A stretch of 64,000 nt of DNA from Picochlorum sp. SENEW3 (GCA_034226945.1 CP120464.1:310001-374000), one strand, 5' to 3'. Counted from the stretch's first letter, positions 1 through 14,376 are shown. A program made the numbers and translations. The notes: generated by a model not told the origin, from the sequence alone.

Positions 1-1
1 C

Positions 2-184
2 CGTGGAGTTGAACCAATAGCGTGGTACCCCAGAGATGAGTTTGTTGCAGAAGGAGAATCTGGGCATGTATGGAAGGAAGGGGTGGATTTGTCAGAGAAG
101 GAATGGTTCGAGTATGATGACAGCTCTGGCAATTCTGTAAGCATTGAGAATTTGGAGTATGAATTCCGCTCCTATAAAAAGTAG
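2..184 (+). CDS. 3' end of UPF0587/C1orf123-like (CXXC zinc-binding) protein, truncated by window edge
   Basis: Manual translation RGVEPIAWYPRDEFVAEGESGHVWKEGVDLSEKEWFEYDDSSGNSVSIENLEYEFRSYKK* matches the RG.EP...F...DLSE.EW..YD C-terminal pattern of DUF866 proteins. Confidence 0.75.
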   Translation, partial: RGVEPIAWYPRDEFVAEGESGHVWKEGVDLSEKEWFEYDDSSGNSVSIENLEYEFRSYKK

Positions 185-378
185 TTCTGTTTTTTCACTT
201 TTGGATATCGATATACATTACTATTGATAACAGATAGATTGATAGATACTGGTGTCCACATTTCCTCTCGTTTTCCATGGTCTTCAATTTCATACGCTGG
301 TGCTTCAAAAGAGGCATATATACTCAATTATGATTACCATTGATGCATAGATAATGGTTTACTCGTGATTGTGGCAGG

Positions 379-1599
379 ATGGAAGACATTGTGAAGGATT
401 CGTTGGTTCGGATGGGATACGATCGAGAGGCGAATGATGTGGTTCAAGTATTGTTGAGAGAGCATCGAAAGTCATTTACTCGGTGTCATGTGGAGCCATA
501 CACGTTTGAGAATGGAGAGGAGGAGCGCTTGGTGAAGTTGTTGGGTGGCGTGTCTATAGAGTACAAGGGGGAGGGGTACAGACTGCCTGCTGTCGTATTT
601 TTGCCAAAGGATTTTCCAATCATGGCGCCGATTGTGTATATGAATCCGAATGAAAGCATGGTCAGGAATCCAAAATGTCCCTATGTGGATGCGAATTTCA
701 GAGTGAAGACAGAGTATTTGGATGCATGGAATTATCCATTTGTGAGCCTCTCGGATATGTATGAGGATTTGAAGCAGCGTTTTTCGCAGGCACCTCCCCT
801 GAGGAATAATAGTAGTGTGAGAAAAGAGAGACATTATCGTGATAGTGGGAGGGTGCGACAGGAGGATGGGAGCTCTCAGCATGCAGCATATCATCATCCT
901 GATGTGGTGGCAGCAGAGGAGGCTATGAGGAAGTCTCTCGCGATACAGTTTCATCATGCGCTGCAAGATATTTTGATTGTAGATTATAGGCATGAGGAAG
1001 AGGTAGGAAGAGATGTGTTGGAGAAGAATAGGGCTCTGCAGAGTACGATGAAGACATTGCATGAGGAGCAGAGAGCATTGGATGATTGTATTTCTGAGTT
1101 GTCATCAACAATACGGAAGCTCGATGTGTGGTTAGAACGTGAGGAGCATAAATCACGAGATGTGAAACGAGTGTCGCGAGGAAAAGTGGATGCGTATAGT
1201 GCCATTGTTCCAGTTGATGATTGCTTGCAGGATGTGCTCGAGTCTGAGGCATGCATGAAGGCTGTGAATGATGCTGTAGTGCTGCTCGATAATGCGCTGA
1301 GTGAGTCTAGAATATCGTGGAAAGAATACAAGAGGATGATCAGTCAGCTTGCGAATTACAAGTTCCAGGCAAAGGTGTTGAATTTGAAGGCATATGAAGG
1401 TCGTTTTGCAAGTACTGTTGGGCAGCCATCGAGTTCGCGTCCCAACGATTTGGATATTCCTGATTTATGTATACCATCATATCCAAGAATTGAAGGTGCA
1501 GAGAGCTTGGGGGCACCCTCTCCCCCCACATCTGATCAGGTTGATGAGGAAAATCCCTTGTTGGAAGCTGCTGCACGACTTGTGAGAGAGGGATGCTAG
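379..1599 (+). CDS. VPS23: ESCRT-I subunit TSG101/VPS23 (ELC-like)
   Basis: N-terminal UEV domain (L.G...I.YKG..Y.LP..V.LP..FP..AP.VY..P), coiled coil, Vps23 core-like helices. Confidence 0.85.
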   Translation: MEDIVKDSLVRMGYDREANDVVQVLLREHRKSFTRCHVEPYTFENGEEERLVKLLGGVSIEYKGEGYRLPAVVFLPKDFPIMAPIVYMNPNESMVRNPKCPYVDANFRVKTEYLDAWNYPFVSLSDMYEDLKQRFSQAPPLRNNSSVRKERHYRDSGRVRQEDGSSQHAAYHHPDVVAAEEAMRKSLAIQFHHALQDILIVDYRHEEEVGRDVLEKNRALQSTMKTLHEEQRALDDCISELSSTIRKLDVWLEREEHKSRDVKRVSRGKVDAYSAIVPVDDCLQDVLESEACMKAVNDAVVLLDNALSESRISWKEYKRMISQLANYKFQAKVLNLKAYEGRFASTVGQPSSSRPNDLDIPDLCIPSYPRIEGAESLGAPSPPTSDQVDEENPLLEAAARLVREGC

Positions 1600-1658
1600 A
1601 TATACCAGTATTGCATACAACAAAGACATATTCAATTGATTGATATAATGCAATTGTA

Positions 1659-4600
1659 TTACTTGTCAGAATCATCTGCTTTGCGCTTTTTCACGTCTTT
1701 ATCGATGCTCTGTTTTGCCTTTTTCAACTCGTGGCGTTCTCTCCTCCGTTTTGCACTTTGTTTCGCTGTCACTTGTCTATGACAAGCGCTACACAGTGTC
1801 CGAAGATTCCTTTCACTACATTGGCCCCCACCCTCGAACACTGGGCGGATATGATCAACTTGCCATGCCTGACCACCGAGGGCCTTTTTAGCAAGGTTTG
1901 CCTGCATTGTTCCTGTGAGTCCAGACATGAAGGTTTTGTACTCGCGATCTAGAAACTTTTTACGCCGATCTAACCAGTTATTACTACCTTTTTCAATGGA
2001 TTGTAGCCGGCGGATCAATCTCATGCAGTCCAAGCGACAAATGGCACATATTCCACCATCCCTTTTCAGAATCAGACGACGAGCATCACTGCTGCTGCTT
2101 TTAACTGCGAATAGTCTCTCACAATCTGACTTGCAGAAGAGCAGTGCTGCAGTATCAATGTCCGCTTTGAATTCATTATATTCAGAATGAGGAACTCTCT
2201 CAAAACAGTGCAGGCATAATCTCACGGAATTGTTATTGTCATCCTCCTCTAGGACAAACTGAATATAATCAGACATATGCCCATTACTATGTATCACGCG
2301 CCCATCTCGGCTTTTCGCATGTTTTAAGAGAGGATATTTTTGTAAATAGTCTTCATCCTGCAAAACCTCTTCAGCTCTCTTTGCCTTTCCTGCTATGTGC
2401 CGGGTTTTTCCACTACCACACAGGGTATCACTCATTGAAATCTCCCTCTGCTCTTCGATTGCAGTATCGAGTGGAGTTTGTAAGATGTTTCCGTACAGAT
2501 ATTCTTTCTCATGATTTGCAATCTCTAACCATTCTCTTGCAAACAACTTGCAAGCATGGAGGGCATCAACTAAGCATTCCTTTGTGGAGACTATGCTCTT
2601 ATCGACAAACATGAGACCAAAGCCATACTGCATGATAGACCGGCCACTGGCATGACCAGATGCATCAAAAGCATTAAGTAGACTTTCTTCACAAGCTTCT
2701 CCCATAACTGCCATGAGCGGCACGCTAAGGAGTATGGGTTCAACCTGTTCCTCACCACCTCCTGATGCATGATATATATGCACTCTTTGAGTGTGACGCG
2801 AGACAACGAACTTCCATCTATCGCTTGCTTTCATATCATCGGAATTAGATATATCACTATCTGGCTGTGAGTCTGGTATGATTATTATATCACGATCTTG
2901 AACTTCATCGGGGTGCTTGGTTGGAAGATCTTTTTGGGCACTGTCACCCTCAGAGGAGCATTCAAACGATTCCTGGGTCGCATCATACTCGCCCAGATCT
3001 GCACGTTTAAAGTCCTCTTTCCTCAGACCCACGACTGTATCTATGACCAAACCTTTCTTGCCCTGGCCAGAGTCCATAGCATCATCAAAATTCTGTGTTG
3101 GACCATCGTGTACACTATCAACTTTGCTGAGATTCAGGTTCAACTTTTGCCACCTTCTTTCGTCAACAGTTGATGATGCACAGAGGAAAAATATATTCAC
3201 GGCACTTGTCTGGCCTCGACGGTGGACGCGATCCTCAGCTTGTCGCACCACACCAGCCTCTTGGGGCAGTTCAAAGAAACAAACTGAAGATGCAGTGCAG
3301 AAATCCAACCCCGTAGCTGCGGCTGTTACCGATAATAATGCTACTCTAACTGAGTGATTCACTCGAAAGTCGTCACATGCCTTTTTTCTGTCCTGAGCAA
3401 GCGTCTCTCCATCTATTCGCACATAACAAATTTTGTCTTCCTCAGCACGATCCCTCCCATTCAACTTTGTGGCATTTATTTTACTGAATTCTGCATCCAG
3501 ACATGCAGCTATATCGTTCATCACATCTTTATGATGAGCAAAAACGATAACTTTTGTTGGTCGTTCCTCAACATTATCAACTGCCTCACTGCAAAGTCCA
3601 AATTTTGTGAAAAGCCATTCACAGCACATCTTGCACTTCGCCTTGCCCACTCTATGTATTTCAGAAATTCCCTTTTCGTCTTCGGTGACGTCTTCATCTA
3701 TATTGTTAGACTTAGGTCGCATTTCTGCCTCATCAGGCTTTGGTAAGCGTATGATTTGCCGTATTTTGCGAGGAAGCTGGCCAGAGACATCCTTTTTCAT
3801 TCTTCGAATCATCACCTCCTGCTTCAACAAAAGATGAAGCTCTTTACCTCTAGACAATCCTGAATAGTCGTACCTTTGGATCTCAGACGTAGATCCAGGC
3901 ATATATCCAACAGGCACGAGACGTCTGTCACAATAGATTCTCCCAAAGCCTTTCCTATTGTTTGGCAATACATCCGCTCTTATCATATTAATTTGATTGA
4001 ACAGATCAAATGGCTTGTTCAGAGACGGGGTTCCTGTTAAAAAGATGATATGTTCGGCATTTGAACACACTGATCTGACAGCATTGGTCTGCTGGGAATC
4101 TTTGGCAGGCCCCTGTAGTGTTGATGTTCGAAGAACATGGCTCTCATCAGCAATGACCAGGTTCCAACCCACTGCGGACATGCAATATTTGTTTTGACAT
4201 ACTGAAGCTTTTTTCCTGACAGTTTTCTGTGGAACTTGCGGTCTATTTCTGCAGGCCTCACATGAAAGGTGGGACAGCATTCTATAAGACACAATCACAA
4301 TCTTTGGCAATGCATTCCGATCCCCGCTTTCCATCCTCAAACGATCACTCTTGCCGAAAATCAAATGAATATCTCTAGGACTCAGATCTGGCAGCCATTT
4401 CTCGAATTCATCGGCCCAGATCGCTCGAAGGCTGGCAGGAACAATCACCAACAAAGGCCACTTGTCACGGTAGCAAGCTGCAATGGCTATAGCTTGCACC
4501 GTCTTTCCAACACCCATTTCATCTGCAATTAGACATCTACCATTTCTGGATAATGCATAATGAATACCCTCAACTTGGAAAGGTAAAAGGGCAGACCGAA

Positions 4601-5582
4601 GAGGGGCTGGCAACTTTCCAAAACGTTCTTGTACTTCCTCTTCAGATGCTCGCTTCCTCTTCACATCAGACCTGTAGGAGAGAAACCAACACATACATCA
4701 TATCAGGTTTCATTTTTACCTGAATACACAATAACAATATCGTACATGAAGAAGACTTTTGTCGTCTGGGGAATGTCAGACTCCTTTGGGAAGATGTCAA
4801 GACCTGAAATTTGGGACAAAGTTTTTAATTTCCCCGAGATCTCTTTATATGATTCCAGCGGAAACTCAATATGATTCTTAGATATTTCAACACCCCCATA
4901 TGTACCCAAATCCAACCCTGCGAGCGTCAAAATGCCTTCAACACCACCACAAGAAGCAACAAAGTCCTCAGCTCCGCCTGCTGGATACACCTCTATCTTA
5001 TCCACATCAGACATCGCTACGACCAATGTTGGATTTTGGAGGTCATTCTTGGGAAAATATCGATAGCCACAGCTGAGGCGATCCCCACCAGGGGGCAGAG
5101 AGCATTGCCAGAAGGAGTAGTTTGAGAAGAAGGAAGAATACACCACCCTCAGCTCGCCAGTGCATCCTTTCCCATACACCCCAGGGCATTCTAAACTAGG
5201 TGGTTTCTTACAAATGACACTCTGCTTCTTGTTCTGACGACAGACAAATACTGTGCGAATAAGGTCCTGAATTGAGGACACTTTTGATACTGCCCTTTGC
5301 TCGCTCTTTTCTAGATAATGCAACCTCACTGCACCTTCATCGTCACTAGGCTTGACTTGTCTCTCATCAGGTTCCTCAGTGAGGTCAATAAACCCAGTGA
5401 TATGTCCAGTCGGGGCTTCAGAGGTGGTTCTCCCCACAACTGACTTTTCCAACTGGCTCCTGCGGGTCAAACATAACAGTGATACATATGGTGAAAAACA
5501 AATGAAAAATAAAATACTTATATCGATGTATCACATACAACTCGTCAAAGTCAAAGGCATCGCTCAGGTCACAAGAGGACAT
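1659..5582 (-). CDS. ZRANB3: ZRANB3/SMARCAL1-family annealing helicase with C-terminal HNH endonuclease (multi-exon)
   Basis: SNF2 motifs LIADEMGVGKT, DESH, LTGTP, QAEDRVHRRGQ; HNH WQVDHIRPVFEGGG...NLRTLCSACH; inferred first exon MSSCDLSDAFDFDE (ATG 5582) spliced into ORF 4703-5470, second intron near 4673-4745. Confidence 0.85.
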
Positions 5583-5758
5583 TTTCGACTGAACTTTTGG
5601 TTTCCGTTATCAACGATTCTTCTATCATTCTCCAAGTGGGTTCAACGTCATTCATTACATATTTTAAAATACAATAAATCTATCAGGCCACATGGCGGTC
5701 TTGTCGATTATCAGGACGTTGACCGAGTTGGGTTCATCATCTTCGAGGCGCCAAGATA

Positions 5759-7608
5759 TCATTTGACTGCTGGTCCTTGCTCTCCTTGGTCCTCGTCATC
5801 TTCCTCTTCCTCCTCCTCTGCATAGATCCTGGTTGGCTGTGTTTTTGTGTAGGCATCAGTGAATCGTTGGAATTCGTCTTCTTTATCTGCGTGCCTCAAA
5901 ATAGACGCTCTGACATCCTCCTCTGCCGGATTTTTCAGGGCACCCTTATTCTTCATGAGATACTGCGTGAGAAGAGAGCCAGAAGAGGTTCCTAACTTAC
6001 CTCCAGCTCCACGAGTTACATTCGCTTGCCCTGGATCTGGTTTAAAGAGTTTTGGATCTCTTGATGGGGCATCAGAGTTGTATCTCTTTTTGGTTTTCCA
6101 GTCAACCTTGAATAATGGGAGTGCATTTGGATTATAAATCTCTGGCTGGATATTTGCCTGCAGGACAGATACAGATACAGTATGATACAGTACGATACTG
6201 GGATAAAGATACAAGAAAGCTCCCGCACCGTGTAATCAGATAAGTTTGAAGTCCTAGGCCTCCTTCCAACAGCTAGTAATGCTCCACTAGTACTGAGATC
6301 TGTGTCGTACAGGATCCTTGCAGCACCGTGCTTTCTATCACCACACCCATAAAATATTTGATTGAGTTTAGGGTGCCAGGCTACTGGCACGACGTTTCCT
6401 GGGGCACCAAGTCTCTTCACAAGAGACAAGTCAGTGGCATTGAATATTGAGAGATACCCATCTCCTCCTTTTGTTGCTCCCACCCCTGTCAGGACAAAGT
6501 CATCTCCTGGACTGAAACAACATCCTGCGTTGGAAAATCCAACCTCAAGATTATCTACAGATGCTATGGGAGATTTGAATTTTCGCAAATCCCACAGTTT
6601 CAGGGTTGAATCAGCTCCTCTGGAGAGCAATGTCTGTCCTTGATGAGATGCTGACAGACTTGTAATTTCATTCCCTTCTTCGTGGGCTCCTCGCACCACC
6701 TGCCCAGCCCTGGATAATATGGTCCATTTTTGCTTTTCTAATCTCTGAAATGCTGATGCAGCCACCATTCCGGTGGAAGAGGAGTGTCCAACCTTGCCTC
6801 TCACATCCCACACCTGTATGGTTCCATCCATGAGACCACCAGCGATCAGTTTCCCATCAGAATTATACGTCACTGCGGTCACAGAAACTCGCCCTGGTTT
6901 TCTTAAAGTAGGTTTAATCACGGTATTCTGAGCCATATTCCACGTATCCCAAACACGTATGGTCCCATCAGCAGAGCTTGTAATAGCACACCCTTTCTCA
7001 CTAGGATGCCATTGTCCCCCTGTACAGCTCGTGACATGCCCTTTTGTATTCTTCATATCTCGTATATACATATCTCCTCTCACAAATTCACCTTCCTCGT
7101 GTCCATCTCGGTTGAATATTTTTGGTTGAGCAGAGCCAGTCACTACCAAAAATGCATCCCCCGTGGGAGACCAGCTCAAAGACAACACAGGGTGCCCCTC
7201 ACTCGGTTCAATCGTTCTAAAAGATTTAAAGTCTGATTTCATCCCGTTAAAATCGAATATCTTGACTGTATAATCTGTCGAACCTGTGATCACCCTTGAA
7301 CCTGAATGATCTACATCCAACGATATCACAGCCTTTCCATGGGCATCTAATTCAACCTCTGAACTGACTGGAAGATTCCATGCGTCTTTTTCATCATCAG
7401 ATACAGGCAAGGGGGGCCCTATGAAATCGTCATCACCTGCAGTGGCCACCTCAGTATTCTCATCCTCTACTACTTCTATTCCCTTTCTTGCAACACCATT
7501 GGATATTTCATCCTTCTCAACTGCATTCCTCGATACTCCTACAACACTTTGAATCTTTACACCGCCAAAAGATGAGGGAAACATGGCTCGCAGGGCCTCC
7601 TCGTCCAT
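5759..7608 (-). CDS. WDR70: WD repeat protein WDR70/GAD-1-like (intron about 6158-6228)
   Basis: WD40 repeats, characteristic GDMYIRDMKNTKGH, C-terminal NPNALPLFK...SLLTQYLMK...EDVRASIL. Confidence 0.85.
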
Positions 7609-7991
7609 GCTAGGCTGCTCTCTCGCGACCTGACCATCCCCTTGAACCTCTTTCTTTCTCGAATCCTATAACAACAGATTTATATGATATTATTCATGGA
7701 AACAAAAAGCCTGAACCAATGAAAAAACGTACTACTCTCGTCTTTTGCGTAATACCCAAACGAGCATTCCTTTCCCGACGCAATGCTGCCAACTCTTCTT
7801 CCTCACTATCACTCATATCACCCTAAATACCTATATACAATGATTTTTAATCAATTATTCGCCCCACGGGTGTGAAACCCATCAATTCTTCAAAACTTTA
7901 TTCTATTCAAATAAGAACTTTTCGCAGAGAAGAGAATTCATGGAGTTGAATCGATCCACCCGGGATGTTATACTTTTTTCTTCTTTTCAGT

Positions 7992-9654
<1,663 letters not shown>

Positions 9655-9770
9655 ACCTTAAAACTACTGTGCAGCAGATTTGAATTCCATCTGTTGATAC
9701 GCATCATGGAAAGGATAATTGTTTCATTGTAACCATTCGCACTTCAAATAATATGAATTTTTAATCCAAT

Positions 9771-11102
9771 ATGATGCAGATATCACATAGATCGCAAGGT
9801 GTGTTGCACAGAGCAACGAAACGGCACTCCAAAACGCTGCAATCTAGGACGATATCACTGCGTAGACCACTACAGGGAAATCAGGGCAATAGAATACGAT
9901 CTAATTCTAACGATGAGGTAGATGAGAGCAACACATTGCCCAATCCTTCGCCAGTATCGCCAACGACCATCTCCCTGTTGAGAGAGAAAGTTTTCTCCTT
10001 AGACACATTCTTCGTGACATCTGTTGATAACTATGGAGACAATGGGGTCTTATTTAAGGGAAATATTCGTGGGAATCCGAGCGAGATTCAAAAGACCCTG
10101 CAGAGAAGACTTGACGACGAGGTGGGAGGATACAAGCTGTTTCTACTACAAGATAGAGATGATAAGCCTGTGTCTGTGATTCTTCCCTCGAGCTCGGCTG
10201 AGTTTCAAGTTTCTCCTGCTGCAGAATGGGCTTTGAGTGTTGCACTTGGGATGGTGACATTGGCGACCACGTTGAATATTTCGAATGCACAACTTTTCAA
10301 CTTGGCCCTTCTGGAATTCAAGTTTGAACCAGAGCAGATTTTGGCAGCACTACCCAGCACCATTGCCACTATCATCATATTAGGAGCGCATGAACTAGGC
10401 CATAGCATAGCTGCAAAAAAGGAGGGTATCAGTCTGGCCCCTCCTCTGTTTCTTCCTGCAGGCCTCGGATTACTTGGTACATTTGGATCAATCACAAGGG
10501 TGACATCTGATGTGCAGAATAGAGAAACCCTTGCAAAAGTAATCGCCCCTGGACCTATCGCAGGGACACTTGTCTCGTTTGCTTTCGTTCTGGTCGGGCT
10601 TGCGCTGACAAGCACTGGTACAATGGGTGGTGTCGAGTTGGATACAGCTTCCTTCCGTGAATCTTTTCTGGTAGGAGGTTTGGCTCGGGCAGCTTTCGGT
10701 GACAACGTGTTCACGGCAGAGTCGGTCGACTGCAACCCATTACTAGTCGCTGGATGGGCAGGATTAATCATCAATTCGATCAACTTGATCCCTTGCGGTG
10801 AGCTCGACGGTGGAAAGCTGTCATTGGCAGCCTTTGGACGACAAGGATCCCAATTGGTAAGTGTGATATCATTCATTGCCCTTGGCATCGGTTCATTCGT
10901 GAACGGGCTCGCATTGTTTTGGCTACTCTTAGTATTAACAATTCAGAGAGGCCCAGGTGTCCCATGCCAAGAAGAAATTTCAGGGCTGAACCAAGGATTG
11001 AAAACCACATCAGTGATCCTTCTCCTGGCTGTGCCTCTCATGGTCCTCTTGCCATTCCCATTGATTGAAGACAACACAATGTCCAATTTGGCTCCATTTT
11101 AA
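9771..11102 (+). CDS. Plastid M50 intramembrane zinc metalloprotease, EGY2-like
   Basis: HELGH zinc motif, NLIPCGELDGG, multiple TM segments, transit-peptide-like N-terminus. Confidence 0.85.
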   Translation: MMQISHRSQGVLHRATKRHSKTLQSRTISLRRPLQGNQGNRIRSNSNDEVDESNTLPNPSPVSPTTISLLREKVFSLDTFFVTSVDNYGDNGVLFKGNIRGNPSEIQKTLQRRLDDEVGGYKLFLLQDRDDKPVSVILPSSSAEFQVSPAAEWALSVALGMVTLATTLNISNAQLFNLALLEFKFEPEQILAALPSTIATIIILGAHELGHSIAAKKEGISLAPPLFLPAGLGLLGTFGSITRVTSDVQNRETLAKVIAPGPIAGTLVSFAFVLVGLALTSTGTMGGVELDTASFRESFLVGGLARAAFGDNVFTAESVDCNPLLVAGWAGLIINSINLIPCGELDGGKLSLAAFGRQGSQLVSVISFIALGIGSFVNGLALFWLLLVLTIQRGPGVPCQEEISGLNQGLKTTSVILLLAVPLMVLLPFPLIEDNTMSNLAPF

Positions 11103-11137
11103 ATATACACTATTTCATTTATTTGATAATATGAAAC

Positions 11138-12097
11138 ATGAATAGGACTGCAAGACAGCAGCACCCTGGAATCACCAAGGGCGTATGCCGTGGCACAAGA
11201 ATTCTGAGTCAGAATAGTCGATCTGTAGCTGTGAACGCATCCTCCAATAGGTCTGTTATTATTTTGCCAGGGCTTGGGAACAATGCTGCAGACTATGATG
11301 AACTTGCTTCAGAACTGACGACTTCCTATGGATATCAAGTACACGTAGCTTCTGTCTCTAGGTTGGACTGGGCAAGGAATGGAAAGGGTCTGCTTGATAC
11401 AAATTATTGGAGAGGGACGCTGAATCCCAGGCCAACAGTCGACTGGTACTTGGAACGGGTAGGGGATGCTGTGGAGAAGGCAAAACTGCAGAACAATGCA
11501 GGACCAATCACCATGTTGGCCCACTCGGCAGGGGGCTGGTTGGGGAGATTATATCTGTATGAATTCGAACGGCAAGGTATTGATAGATTTGTTAGCTTGG
11601 GGTCGCCTCATTTGCCTCCTCCAAAGGGTGTGATTGATCAGACTCGAGGTATCTTGACATACATCTCAAACACATGCCCTGGTGCCTACCATGAAGATGT
11701 TTCATACGTGACAATTGCTGGCAAGTATGTCAAGGGCGCAAATTTATTAGGTCCTGGGACAATATCTGCCCGGGTTGTCGGAGCTGGGTACAAGCAGGTG
11801 TGCGGAGAAGCACAAGTATATGGAGATGGGGTTGTTCCCATTCCATCAGCACATCTGGATGGGGCGATGCAGATTGAACTCGAAGGAGTATATCACTCTC
11901 CTCTGGGATCGACCAAGATTTCTGAGGAGGACGCGATCAGATATTTGAGTTATTATGATAGTGATGACTATGATGACCAGGTTGAGGACAAGGCTGCACG
12001 ACGGTGGTATGGCTGCAGGACAGTACTACCGCAGTGGGTTGAGTACATCTCCACAGACAAAGTTGTATCACCGGTTATGAATGATTCATCCGTGTAA
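11138..12097 (+). CDS. Alpha/beta hydrolase (PGAP1/lipase-like), probably plastid-targeted
   Basis: ILPGLGN oxyanion region, AHSAGG nucleophile elbow, SLGSPH, GDGVVP, H in GVYHSP. Confidence 0.8.
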   Translation: MNRTARQQHPGITKGVCRGTRILSQNSRSVAVNASSNRSVIILPGLGNNAADYDELASELTTSYGYQVHVASVSRLDWARNGKGLLDTNYWRGTLNPRPTVDWYLERVGDAVEKAKLQNNAGPITMLAHSAGGWLGRLYLYEFERQGIDRFVSLGSPHLPPPKGVIDQTRGILTYISNTCPGAYHEDVSYVTIAGKYVKGANLLGPGTISARVVGAGYKQVCGEAQVYGDGVVPIPSAHLDGAMQIELEGVYHSPLGSTKISEEDAIRYLSYYDSDDYDDQVEDKAARRWYGCRTVLPQWVEYISTDKVVSPVMNDSSV

Positions 12098-12277
12098 CGT
12101 GTAAGAATAACCTGCCCACATGTAGGATGCATTTATTTTTAAATTTCAAACCTTGGTTGACCAAAGCCTTAATGCTCATCAATATGGCTCAGTCTCACCA
12201 TTATATGCACATATAATATGTGCGATAGTATCTTTGTGGAATTAAAATACCATTGAAGTGGATTATTGAATCGAATA

Positions 12278-14376
12278 ATGACAGAGGTATGGTATTTGGC
12301 AGCCTGATCTGGCGACAGAGAATAATACACAAAGCCATGCGTATCTGTTTCATCTACATGTGGTCACATATTTATTTTTTATTGCAGAATGTGCGACTCT
12401 GTGATGTGGTCATCGTCGGTGCCACTTTGGAGGCGCTGAACGTGCTCACACGTATTCAGCTGAACTCTCGTGCTCATGATTCCGAGGTATGGTTGTCTGA
12501 TGTAATAGTATAGCAGTGCATCAGGCTCTTATGATTCATGGCATCTGGATGCAGGGAGGGGTTGTTGTGATTGATAGCCATGGAGCATGGATGCACTCTT
12601 TCAAGTCAGATGTTGAGAGGCTGGGGGTGGATGTGATGAGAATGCCAGTGAATATTCACCCGTCTCCAAAGCCTCTTGCCCTTAAATATTATGCAGAGAA
12701 GTATGCACGTTCTGAGGTGAGTTTGGTTTCTTGTGGAGTAGTGACAGTGTGGGGATTTAGTGTATTTATGATTGCAGGAGTTTGAGAAAGTGCCAGGGAG
12801 TGCACCACTGCCGTCATCCAGGATTTTCTTGGACTTTTATTCTTCACTGGTATCTAAACTTCCTCGCTCGTTACAAGATGTTATCAAAGATACAGTTGTA
12901 GATGTTGAATATGTGACGAATGAGACCAAAAAAAGTATGAGAGTGATGTGTTCTTCTGGACAGTCATTCATCTGTCAGGCAGTTGTAGTTGCTACTTCGG
13001 GAGTGCAACCAATCATTCCATCATGGAGAGCTGACGCCATGGGACGTGATATCGAAAACATATACCCGTATAGCCAAGTTGATGTCAGAGATCGTGAAGC
13101 AGTTACGGGCAAGAGCATTGCAGTGTTTGGTGGTGGCATGACGGCAGCTACCTTGGCTTTGCAGGCCATTGACATGGGTGCAAAGCATGTGTACATGATC
13201 ACGCGAAGGGAATTATGCAAAAGCATTTTTGATTGTGATCCTGGATGGTGGGGGATCAAGCAGCTTAAATCATTCTATGATATTGAGGACCCTCATCATC
13301 GAATGAAATTGTGCCAAAGGGTCAGGAATCGAGGAAGCATCACTCCAAAGCAGTGGGACTTGCTTCTTCAACTACAGATGGAGGGGAAGTTCTCCCTTAT
13401 CGAGGGTGCTGACGTCTCTTATCTGTCAGGAGAATCTCAGGTCAAAATAGAGTTGAGAAGAAATCCCAACATATTGAAAAAGGACTGCAGCTCGTTTGAC
13501 AACAATACTGCCAACAGGACAGCCTTTGCAAAGGATGTGCATGCTATGCAAGAGTTACAAGAAGGAGTTACAACTCCATCTAATTCTATTGTGTGCGATA
13601 CTGTCTGGATTGCCTGTGGAAATGCGTACAATGCTGAGGAGCATCCTATATTGTCCAAGTTCATGCAGAAATATCCTACAACATGCATTGGTGGCTACCC
13701 TGTGCTGAGTGATGTTTGCTCGTGGCCAGATGTACCGCTCTTCATTGCAGGAAGAGGATCTATGCTGACGATCGGGCCATGTGCAGGGAACATGGTCGGG
13801 ATGAAAATGTCTGCAGAAAGAATTAGCCCTGTGATCAATGGGATAATATCAGGAGACTTTGATCCAACTGAACTTGCACTGCATAAAAAGCCTCAGGACT
13901 CGAATGGATATGATCCTGTCAATCGCACGATTGAGTGGCTGTCGTATGAAATTCCAGAGGGCCTAGAAACTCAGACCAGGCCCTTTCCTCTTGAATCTGA
14001 CAATGTCATTCAGATGGAGATGCCAACAAGGAACAAGACCTCTTCTCGTGATTCTGTATACATTGAAGATGTTGATCCTTCTCTCAAAAAGGTAGAAATT
14101 CAGAATTTTTGTTTCATGGATGATGGTTTCAAGGTATCAGTTATTCTTAATGTGCCTGAGCCAATCCCCAAAGATCTTGTTAGAGTGAGAGTCACAAACT
14201 CATCACTAGAAGCTTGGTTGATTGGAAAAGAAGCTTCGTATCATCTACATATTCCTAAGATGTATGGCCGAGTGCTGCCAGAGAGGAGTAGGATTATCAC
14301 AAAGGAGGAAAAGAATCGAGTAACCATTATCTTGTGCAAGGAAAAAGATGCTGAGTGGCATTTCCTAAAAGGCTAG
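12278..14376 (+). CDS. FAD/NAD(P)-dependent oxidoreductase (lysine N6-monooxygenase-like) fused to C-terminal CS/p23-like domain, 4 exons
   Basis: Inferred exons MTE / NVRLCDVVIVGA.. / GGVVVIDSHGAW.. / EFEK..; IAVFGGGMTA NAD(P) motif, VVVATSG, VWIACG, IGPCAGN; C-terminal LHIPKMYGRVLPE...TIILCKEKDAEWHFL resembles a CS domain. Confidence 0.65.

Noticed and set aside
1700..2100. HNH nuclease as a sign of a mobile element or homing endonuclease
   Set aside because: It is the normal C-terminal domain of ZRANB3-type helicases; no terminal repeats or intron/intein context
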